Origin: Gemmatimonadota bacterium
GTDB taxonomy: Bacteria; Gemmatimonadota; Gemmatimonadetes; Longimicrobiales; Gaopeijiaceae
NCBI GenBank assembly: GCA_034521595.1
Contig: JAXHMG010000003.1
Span: forward strand, 1 to 64,000
Direction: 5' to 3'
Length of the DNA stretch: 64,000 nucleotides
Shown here: positions 56,599-64,000 of the stretch, piece after piece
How the letters are laid out: the number at the start of each line of letters is the position of its first letter
Position numbering within the stretch: the first letter of the stretch is position 1
Notes under the pieces: generated by a model
The model's database searches: none
Seen by the model: only the letters and a program-made list of their open reading frames with translations
Told to the model about the DNA's origin: nothing
Position numbers and translations under genes: made by a program

Positions 56599-58845
56599 TC
56601 AGGAGCCCGTGCCCGGGTATGCCTCGTAGAACGTGCGGTCGTCGGACGCGAGCTCCACGATCGACGTCGCCGGGGTGAAGCGGTGTCCGTGTGCCTCTTC
56701 GAGCTCCCGCAACCGGTCGAGCACGGCCCTCGGGTGGACGGAGTCGGCGAAGCGGAGCAGCCCTCCTCGGAAGGGCGGGAACCCGGTGCCCATGACCATG
56801 CCGAGGTCCACGTCCGCGGCGCTCGAGACGATCCCTTCTTCGAGGACGCGCGCCGCTTCGTTGACCATGGGGAGGAGGAGGCGGTGCCGGATCTCCGTCT
56901 CGTCGGGCTCGGAGCCACCTCGGGCGTCGTCCGGCGCCGGTAGCCCGAGATCCCCATACACCGACGCATCGACACCCTCCTCCTTCCCGTTCTCGTAGCG
57001 GTAAAACCCTCGTCCGCCCTTCCGGCCCGTTCGCGTCGACGCCCCGATGCGTTCCAGAGCGGGTGACGGCTCGAGTCGCGCTCCCAGCGCATCGTGCAGG
57101 GCCTCACCCGCGTGTCGGGAAACGTCGATGCCCACTTCGTCCACCAATCGCAACGGGCCCATCGGCATCCCGAAGGTCTTCGCCACGCGGTCGATCGCTT
57201 CGACGTCGAGCCCTTCGCCGAGCAGAAAGCCCCCTTCGTTGAGATACGGGCCGAGGATGCGGTTCACGAGGAACCCCGGTCCGTCGCCGACGACCACCGG
57301 GACCTTGTCGAGCGAAAGCGCGAGCCGGTAGATCGTGGCCACCGCTTCGTCCGATGTCTCAGGTCCGCGCACGATCTCGACCAGCGGCATCCGGTGCACG
57401 GGGTTGAAGAAGTGCATGCCACAAAACCGTTCCGGCCGGTCGAGCGCTTCGGCCATGTCCGCCACGGAGAGGGACGAGGTGTTGGTGGCCAGCACGCAGT
57501 CGTCCTCGACCCACTTTTCCGTCTCGGCGAGCACGTCGCGCTTCACGTCCATCCGCTCCACGACCGCCTCGACGACGACCTGACACGTCGAGAGGCCGTG
57601 ATAGTCCACGCCGCCGGAGATCCGCTCCATCGCCCTCGTGGCCTCGGACCGAGACTGCTTCCGGTTCGCGACCGCCTTGTCGAAGAGCATCCGAGCGTGC
57701 TCGAGACCACCGCTCACGGCTTCGTGCTCGATGTCCTTCATGTGTGCCGAGAGTCCGTGGTAGCCCGCCAGCTGTGCGATTCCACCGCCCATGACCCCGG
57801 CCCCGAGGATCCCGATCCGGTCGACGGGGCGGCCCGTCACCTCGGCGTCGTCCACACCGTTGCCCTTCCGGGCGGCTTCCCGCATGCGGAAGACGTGGAT
57901 GAGTCCCTTACATTCCGGAGAGACGATGAGCTCGCCGGCCGCGCGGGCCTCCGCGGCGAGGCTGTCCTCCACGCTGCCACCGAGATGTTCCTCCAGGAGG
58001 TCCAGGATGTGGAGGGGTGCGGGGTAGTCGCCTCCCGTGGACTCGAGAACCTTCTTACGCGCGGTGCGGAGAACGAGGCTCCGCCCCGGAGGAGTGTCGT
58101 CCAGCAGACGCTGCAAGAGCCTCTTGCGTGCCCGTCCCGGCGACCGGACGCCGGCGGCGACGTCCAGCGCGTACCGGCGCGCCAGGTCGTCGAAGAGGTC
58201 GGCCGGGAACACCTCGTCCACCAGGCCGATCCGCCGGGCCTTGTGGGCGTCCGCTTGCTTCCCGGTGAGGAGCAGGTCGAGCGCCGCCTGCAACCCGACC
58301 AATCGGGGAAGGCGGCTCGTTCCGCCCCATGCGGGAAGGATCCCCAGCATCACCTCGGGTAGGCCCAAGCGTGTGCGCGGATCGTCGGATGCCACACGGT
58401 GCGTGCAGGCCAGGGAGAGCTCGAGCCCCCCGCCGAGACAGATGCCGTGGATGGCGGCCACGGTGGGAACGGGGAGGCTCGCCACGTCGGCGAAGACCGC
58501 TTGGCCCATCCGCACCTTGTTTTCTGCGGCTTCCGGGTCCTCGATCTCGGCGATCGCCTCCACGTCTGCGCCCGCGATGAAGCCGGATTCCTTTCCGCTC
58601 CGGATCACGACGGCTCGAACACGACCTTCGCGGCCCGCGCCTCGAGCTTCGTCGAGGGCGCTCCCGAGACGCTTCATGACGCCTTCGGTCAGCACGTTCA
58701 GTGCGCGTTCCGGATCGGCGAACGTGAGCCAACCGATGCCGTCGTCGTCGATCTCGAAGGTCGGGCTTACCGTTTCTGCGCGGGCTTCGGAAGCTGTGGA
58801 CACGTCACCGTCCGGCGTCTGAGAGGGCTGTTGAGGCATCTTCAC
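56599..58845 (-). CDS. fadJ: Fatty acid oxidation multifunctional enzyme (enoyl-CoA hydratase/3-hydroxyacyl-CoA dehydrogenase), FadJ/FadB-like
   Basis: FIAGAD, CLGGGLEL, LPEVMLG, GAGVMGGG, GMHFFNPV. Confidence 0.92.
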   Translation of the reverse strand: MKMPQQPSQTPDGDVSTASEARAETVSPTFEIDDDGIGWLTFADPERALNVLTEGVMKRLGSALDEARGAGREGRVRAVVIRSGKESGFIAGADVEAIAEIEDPEAAENKVRMGQAVFADVASLPVPTVAAIHGICLGGGLELSLACTHRVASDDPRTRLGLPEVMLGILPAWGGTSRLPRLVGLQAALDLLLTGKQADAHKARRIGLVDEVFPADLFDDLARRYALDVAAGVRSPGRARKRLLQRLLDDTPPGRSLVLRTARKKVLESTGGDYPAPLHILDLLEEHLGGSVEDSLAAEARAAGELIVSPECKGLIHVFRMREAARKGNGVDDAEVTGRPVDRIGILGAGVMGGGIAQLAGYHGLSAHMKDIEHEAVSGGLEHARMLFDKAVANRKQSRSEATRAMERISGGVDYHGLSTCQVVVEAVVERMDVKRDVLAETEKWVEDDCVLATNTSSLSVADMAEALDRPERFCGMHFFNPVHRMPLVEIVRGPETSDEAVATIYRLALSLDKVPVVVGDGPGFLVNRILGPYLNEGGFLLGEGLDVEAIDRVAKTFGMPMGPLRLVDEVGIDVSRHAGEALHDALGARLEPSPALERIGASTRTGRKGGRGFYRYENGKEEGVDASVYGDLGLPAPDDARGGSEPDETEIRHRLLLPMVNEAARVLEEGIVSSAADVDLGMVMGTGFPPFRGGLLRFADSVHPRAVLDRLRELEEAHGHRFTPATSIVELASDDRTFYEAYPGTGS

Positions 58846-58865
58846 ACAATACGGTGGTCACCGCG

Positions 58866-58907
58866 AAAAAAAAGCCGCCCGGCCCCCACGGATGGGAGCC
58901 GGGCGGC
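58866..58907 (-). terminator. Rho-independent terminator
   Basis: gccgcccggc/gccgggcggc stem with T8 on the minus strand, after the 58932 gene. Confidence 0.8.
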
Positions 58908-58931
58908 CTCGTCACGTGGACGGCCCGAAGA

Positions 58932-59711
58932 TCAGAGCTTCGGGCGCTCCTCCGCGTTCTCTCTGGTGAGCTCCACCATGACCGGCTCGCCGCGCTCGAC
59001 CGTGATCGGCACGTTCCAATACAACTCCGTATAGGGAAGCTCATACCGGGCGTGGACCCAGTATTGACCGGGCTCCACCCTGAAGTTGTTCCGTGCGACC
59101 CCGTTGGCGTCGGTCGTGTCGACCGCGATGTCCAGCCCGCTTTCGCGCTGTTTTTCACCGAAGATCTCCGTGACGCCCGCGAAAGCCTCTTCGGCCCAGC
59201 TCTCCTGCGCGATACGCACCGAGTCGGTCTGCTGGATCGTGCCCCGCTGCAGGGAGTCGAAGCGCTCGAACGCCTGGTTCATCTGGGTTTCGACGTCACC
59301 GAGCTCGGATTCGAAATCCTGGAACTCGCGGAACAGCGCAACGTACCGGGACTCCCCACGCGAGTACTGCTCCATCGCGCTCGATAGCTCCTGGAGCGTA
59401 TCCCGGAGGGTGTTCCAACGCTGCTGGAATCCCTGCCATTCGCGCTGTGCCTCCTGAACCTCGTCACGGGCGTCGGCGAGCTGCTCGGGGATCTCGGGCT
59501 CGGGCGTGCCGTAGGCCTGCTCGAGCGAGTCGAAGATCTGGTCGCGGTCGTAGGGTAGCAGTTGGACCTCGATGTCCGAGAGCTGCCGGGATTCCGTCTC
59601 GCCGGTCTCCGGGTCCTGGACGTCGATCTCCATGGTTACCACCACTTCGCCCGGGCCGCAGGCGGCGGCGAAGAGGAGAGCTATGGCGAACGGAAGTGTC
59701 CTACGCCTCAT
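58932..59711 (-). CDS. Hypothetical lipoprotein with coiled coil
   Basis: Lipobox AAAC; 259-aa ORF. Confidence 0.8.
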   Translation of the reverse strand: MRRRTLPFAIALLFAAACGPGEVVVTMEIDVQDPETGETESRQLSDIEVQLLPYDRDQIFDSLEQAYGTPEPEIPEQLADARDEVQEAQREWQGFQQRWNTLRDTLQELSSAMEQYSRGESRYVALFREFQDFESELGDVETQMNQAFERFDSLQRGTIQQTDSVRIAQESWAEEAFAGVTEIFGEKQRESGLDIAVDTTDANGVARNNFRVEPGQYWVHARYELPYTELYWNVPITVERGEPVMVELTRENAEERPKL

Positions 59712-59862
59712 GATGAACTCCGTACGTCGGTTGCTTGGGGGAACGAAGAGCGAAGCTACTGTGGGCTCGGACGCACATCAAGTACGAGCCCGGCCAATCT
59801 AAATGATGGAGGGCGATACGCCAGGACTTCCCCGCGAGTGGGACGCGCGGGATCGGAGAGCC

Positions 59863-60795
59863 TCAATACCGTAAGACGGCCGGAAGGATGTAGCGGGCCG
59901 GATCTTCCGCGTCTCCGTCCACTCGGACCTCGTAGTGGAGGTGCGAGGCCGTGGCGAGCCCCGTGCTCCCGACCTGTGCGATCATCTCGCCCCGACTCAC
60001 CTCCTGGCCACGCTGTGCGATGAGCTTCGAGGCGTGCCCGTAGAGCGTGGTGTAGCCGTATCCGTGGTCGATCTCGACGGTCAGCCCGTACCCCGCGACC
60101 CAACTCGCGCGCGTGATGCGCCCCTTCGCGGACGCGTAGATGGGCGTTCCGGTCGGGGCGGCGATGTCGACGCCCGGATGAGGGATCGGCCGGTTGTGGA
60201 TCGGGTGCACCCGGGAGCGGGAATAGCTGCTCGAGAGCCAGCCCGAAGTCGGTAGGATCGACGGAGTGGATTCGAGTAGGTCCTCGTGCGCTACGACGGA
60301 GTCCGTCGCCGCTTCGAGGCTCTCGGAGAGGAGGCGCGCTCGTCGCTCGAGGGCGCTCAGGTCGTACGACACGGCGAAGAGGGACTGAGCGAGGGTCGAG
60401 TCCGACGCCCAAAGGGGGGACGACTCGGGCGTGCCCAGACCGGGACCGCCCACTCCGGCCTGCAGGACCTCCGGCTCGATGAACTCGAGTCCGGCGATGC
60501 TGCGGAACTGGGCGTCGCTTTCCGCGACGTCGTCGAGCTTGCCCTCGATCTCCTCGATCCGCTGCTGGAACTCGGCCAGCTCGGTTTCCAGCGCCTGATT
60601 CCTGGCTTCGAGGATCGCGGCTCGCATCCGTCCCGTGCCGTCGAGGCCGATGCCGAGCGTGAACGCCAGGATCACGAGCAGGCAGAACCCCCCGATCCAG
60701 CTACCCAGGCGAACGACCCGTGCCGGCACGGAGTATTGCCGTACCGGACCGTCCTCACCTCGGAGGACGAGAAAGGTCCATTGTTCTCCCTTCAT
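59863..60795 (-). CDS. M23 family metallopeptidase
   Basis: HPGVDIAA, YGHAS, HLHYEV. Confidence 0.92.
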   Translation of the reverse strand: MKGEQWTFLVLRGEDGPVRQYSVPARVVRLGSWIGGFCLLVILAFTLGIGLDGTGRMRAAILEARNQALETELAEFQQRIEEIEGKLDDVAESDAQFRSIAGLEFIEPEVLQAGVGGPGLGTPESSPLWASDSTLAQSLFAVSYDLSALERRARLLSESLEAATDSVVAHEDLLESTPSILPTSGWLSSSYSRSRVHPIHNRPIPHPGVDIAAPTGTPIYASAKGRITRASWVAGYGLTVEIDHGYGYTTLYGHASKLIAQRGQEVSRGEMIAQVGSTGLATASHLHYEVRVDGDAEDPARYILPAVLRY

Positions 60796-60999
60796 GGAGC
60801 TAGCCTCGGTACGTGTGAGCCCGCTGCGTGGATGTCCGTTACCCTTCCGACACGCGACGGACACGATCGGAACGTGCTGGAATTCCTGAATTTCACGCGC
60901 AGACCTTTCAACCTAGACGGCGCTAAACGCGAGTGTCAACGAGCAATTTCCGGACCACCCGACCGGTGCCTCCCGGAGTGGGCGATCCTCGGGGCGACC

Positions 61000-62568
61000 T
61001 CAGGAGGCTCGATGCTCGGACGCCCAGGACGGCTCCACGCGCGGGAATAGCGCCTCGCCCTTGGTCACTCCCCGGCCGGACAGGTCGGCCGTTCGCGCTT
61101 GGCGAAGCGTCGGAACCGTCTCGAATCCGAGGCGGTGGGCCAGCGAGCGCATCTTTTCCGGAGTCACCGGCTCGAAGAGCGCGCAGAGCACCGTCAGGGC
61201 TCGGGCCAACGTGGCCAGCGTTTCGTCGAGCTCTCCGGCCTGGTCGGGATCTTTGGCTTGGGACCAGGGCTGTCGCTTCTCCACGAAGCCGTTCGTCACC
61301 CGCGCGAAATCCATCGCCGCCGCCAGTGCCTCGTGTACGCGGTACGAGCGCATCGCGGTGCGCGTATCCTCGAGGGCCTGATCGATCTCGGCGTCCAGCT
61401 CGGTGCCGGGGGCGTCCGGCACCACCCCGTCCCGGTACTTCGAGATCATCGAGAGGACCCGGCTCGCGAGGTTCCCCAGCACGTTGGCCAACTCCTCGTA
61501 CCGCGTGAGGAAGCGTTCCGGGGTGTAGGACGCGTCACCACCCGTCGGCATTTCGCGCAGCAGGTACCACCGTACCGCATCCGTCCCGAACTCTTCGCGA
61601 AGTGCGAGAGGGTCCACGACGTTGCCGAGCGACTTGGACATCTTCGTTTCTCCTACGACCCACCACCCGTGGGCGAGGATCCTTCGCGGCACCGGTAGCC
61701 CCACGCCCATGAGCAGCGTGGGCCAATAGACGGCGTGGGTCGTGAGGATGTCCTTGCCGACGATATGAAGATCGGCCGGCCACCACGAGCCGGACGTGTC
61801 GTCGAATCCCTGCTCGTCGGGGGCGGCTTCGGGATGTATCGCCTCCGAGGCCGTGAGGTAGTTGATGAGCGCGTCGACCCAGACGTAGGTGACATGGTCC
61901 TCGTCGAAAGGCAACGGGATGCCCCACGCCACCCGGCTCTTGGGCCTCGAGATCGAGAGATCCGCGAGCGGCTTGCGCAGGAAGCCCAGGACCTCGTTGC
62001 GCCGGTTCTCGGGAACGATCCAGTCCGCATGCTCCTCGATATGCCGGACGAGCTCGTCCTGGAAGGCGCTCATGCGGAAGAAGTAGTTCTTTTCGTCCAC
62101 GCGGTTGACCGGACGACCGCAGTCGGGGCAGGTCTCGCCGGGGCCCAGGTCCTTGTCGGTCCAGTACCGCTCTTCGTGAATGCAGTACCAGCCGGAGTAG
62201 CTCCCTTCGTAGATCTCGCCACGGTCCCAGAGGCGTTGCAGGAACGCGCGCACGACGGCGACGTGCTCCGCCTCGGTCGTGCGGATGAAACGGTCGTGCG
62301 AGATGTCGAGTGTGTCCCACGCGGCCCGGAACCGCTCGGCCATGAGGTCGCACAGGTCGAGCGGCTCCATGCCACGGCTGCGGGCTTCGGTCTGGATCTT
62401 CTGACCGTGCTCGTCGGTGCCCGTGAGAAAGAGCACCTCGACCCCGTCCTGTCGCTCGAAGCGCGCGAGCACGTCGGCCAGGATCGTGGTATACGCGTGT
62501 CCCAGGTGCGGCTCACCGGACGCGTAGTAGATCGGGGTGGTGAGATATTGGCGTCGCGGTGTGGTCAC
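61000..62568 (-). CDS. metG: Methionine--tRNA ligase
   Basis: TTPIYY, HLGH, GTDEHGQK, KMSKSLGN. Confidence 0.96.
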   Translation of the reverse strand: MTTPRRQYLTTPIYYASGEPHLGHAYTTILADVLARFERQDGVEVLFLTGTDEHGQKIQTEARSRGMEPLDLCDLMAERFRAAWDTLDISHDRFIRTTEAEHVAVVRAFLQRLWDRGEIYEGSYSGWYCIHEERYWTDKDLGPGETCPDCGRPVNRVDEKNYFFRMSAFQDELVRHIEEHADWIVPENRRNEVLGFLRKPLADLSISRPKSRVAWGIPLPFDEDHVTYVWVDALINYLTASEAIHPEAAPDEQGFDDTSGSWWPADLHIVGKDILTTHAVYWPTLLMGVGLPVPRRILAHGWWVVGETKMSKSLGNVVDPLALREEFGTDAVRWYLLREMPTGGDASYTPERFLTRYEELANVLGNLASRVLSMISKYRDGVVPDAPGTELDAEIDQALEDTRTAMRSYRVHEALAAAMDFARVTNGFVEKRQPWSQAKDPDQAGELDETLATLARALTVLCALFEPVTPEKMRSLAHRLGFETVPTLRQARTADLSGRGVTKGEALFPRVEPSWASEHRAS

Positions 62569-63434
62569 GTATCGGTGTTCCGGTGTTCGTTCACGTTTCC
62601 GGGGCCGCCCGAGGGGCCGACTTCCTCTTTGAGGTCGGCCAAGGTCACGGTCCGGCGCTCGCCTTCCGGACCGCGCAGGCTCACGGTGTCGCCCCAGATG
62701 TCCACGGCGACCACCTTTTCTTCTCCGAGGGAGGTGCGGATCTTCCGCCCTTCGCGCGGGAAGCGCCGCCGTGCCTCCACGTACGTCTTGTGCTCGTACA
62801 TCAGGCAACACATCAGCCGTCCGCAGCACCCGCTGATCTGCGCGGGGTTCAGCGAGAGGTTCTGGTCCTTCGCCAGCTGGAGCGAGACGGGCTTGAGCTC
62901 GGGTAGCCAGGTCGAGCAACAGAGCTCGCGGCCGCAGCGACCGACGCCTCCGAGCAGCGCGGCTTCGTCCCGCACCCCGATCTGCTTGAGCTCGATGCGC
63001 GTCCGGAAGGTGCGCGCCAGGTCACGCACGAGCTGCCGGAAGTCGACTCGCTTTTCGGCGGTGAAGTAAATGATCAGCTTGTTGCGGTCGAACTGCCACT
63101 CGGCTTCGGTCACCTTCATGTGCAGCCCGTGCTTCTGGACGAGCGTACGGGTTTCTTTCCGCACGCGATCCTCGTCCTCCCGAAGCTCGTCGAGGCGGGC
63201 GATCTCCTCGTCCCCGGCGAGCCGTACGATCCGATTTTCCGGCGTGGGCGTGGAACACCCTCCGGACGAGGAGCACTTCCGCTCGGCGACGACGCCGATC
63301 GCCGAAACGACCCCGAGGTCTTCCCCCCGGTCCGCTTCGACGATGACGTGGTTCCCGGCTCGTACATCGGTGTCGGAGTACGTGTAGTACTCCTTGCGGG
63401 ATCCCTTGAACCGGACTTCGGCGAAGCCTGCCAT
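62565..63434 (-). CDS. ricT: PSP1-domain protein RicT/YaaT
   Basis: RVDFRQLV, GGVGRCGRELCC, SGCCGRLMCCLMYE. Confidence 0.92.
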   Translation of the reverse strand: MAGFAEVRFKGSRKEYYTYSDTDVRAGNHVIVEADRGEDLGVVSAIGVVAERKCSSSGGCSTPTPENRIVRLAGDEEIARLDELREDEDRVRKETRTLVQKHGLHMKVTEAEWQFDRNKLIIYFTAEKRVDFRQLVRDLARTFRTRIELKQIGVRDEAALLGGVGRCGRELCCSTWLPELKPVSLQLAKDQNLSLNPAQISGCCGRLMCCLMYEHKTYVEARRRFPREGRKIRTSLGEEKVVAVDIWGDTVSLRGPEGERRTVTLADLKEEVGPSGGPGNVNEHRNTDT

Positions 63435-63443
63435 CGCGTACGC

Positions 63444-64000
63444 TCAGGCCTCGCGCCAGGCGCCGATGCCTTCGTATTTCGCCCACCGGCGCTCGCGAAG
63501 CTCGTCCACGGGAAGCTCTTCCAGCTCGGTGATGACCCGCTGCAAGGCGTCGCTCAACCGCCGCGAAGCTCCGTCCCAGTCCGTGTGGGCACCGCCTTCC
63601 GGCTCGGGAACGATCTCGTCGCAGACCCCGAGCCTGTGCAGATCTTCCGCCGTGAGCTTGAGGGCGGTCGCCGCCTTTTCTTTGTGCTCCGCCGAGCGCC
63701 ATAGGATGGCCGCGCACCCTTCGGGTGAGATGACCGAGTAGATGGAGTGCTCGAGCATCAGAATTCGGTCGGTCACGCCGATGCCGAGCGCCCCTCCCGA
63801 CATCCCTTCGCCGATGACGGCGGAGACGACGGGGACCCGCAGCCTGGCCATCTCACGAAGGTTGAAGGCGATCGCTTCTCCGATCCCGCGCTTCTCGGAT
63901 CCGATGCCCGGATAGGCTCCGGGCGTGTCGATGAAGGTGATCACCGGCCGGCCGAACTTCTCGGCCTGGTGCATGAGCCTCAGCGCCTTCCGGTATCCTT
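63444..64000 (-). CDS. accA: Acetyl-CoA carboxylase carboxyltransferase alpha (partial)
   Basis: [33 protein letters not shown]. Confidence 0.95.
   Translation of the reverse strand, partial: GYRKALRLMHQAEKFGRPVITFIDTPGAYPGIGSEKRGIGEAIAFNLREMARLRVPVVSAVIGEGMSGGALGIGVTDRILMLEHSIYSVISPEGCAAILWRSAEHKEKAATALKLTAEDLHRLGVCDEIVPEPEGGAHTDWDGASRRLSDALQRVITELEELPVDELRERRWAKYEGIGAWREA

Overview
GC-rich bacterial chromosomal window, probably Gemmatimonadota (inferred from gene content; the left half has many indels that look like long-read errors). The right half (35.5-64 kb) is housekeeping: phoD, an attenuator-controlled his operon, uvrA, gyrA, xdhC/mocA, fadJ/fadB-like, M23 peptidase, metG, ricT and accA. 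The left half (1-35.4 kb) is an integron-like gene-cassette array. It has 16 near-complete ~150-bp attC-like sites (TAAC...GTTA), one partial and one collapsed site, and a candidate attI at ~34025. It lies downstream of, and co-oriented with, a tyrosine recombinase (34259-35443) that lacks the IntI-specific insertion and has an extra N-terminal HARP-like domain. The sites are atypical: a covarying C(GNA)G side hairpin branches off the stem, and every intact cassette has its own 14-22 bp terminal inverted repeat with an invariant G.T mismatch. Cargo includes many toxin-antitoxin pairs, an Mrr-like nuclease, secreted proteins and two ORF-less structured cassettes. Several cassettes are duplicated, and a ~10 kb IS-rich block (IS256, IS110, IS21, IS3, IS5) interrupts the array.
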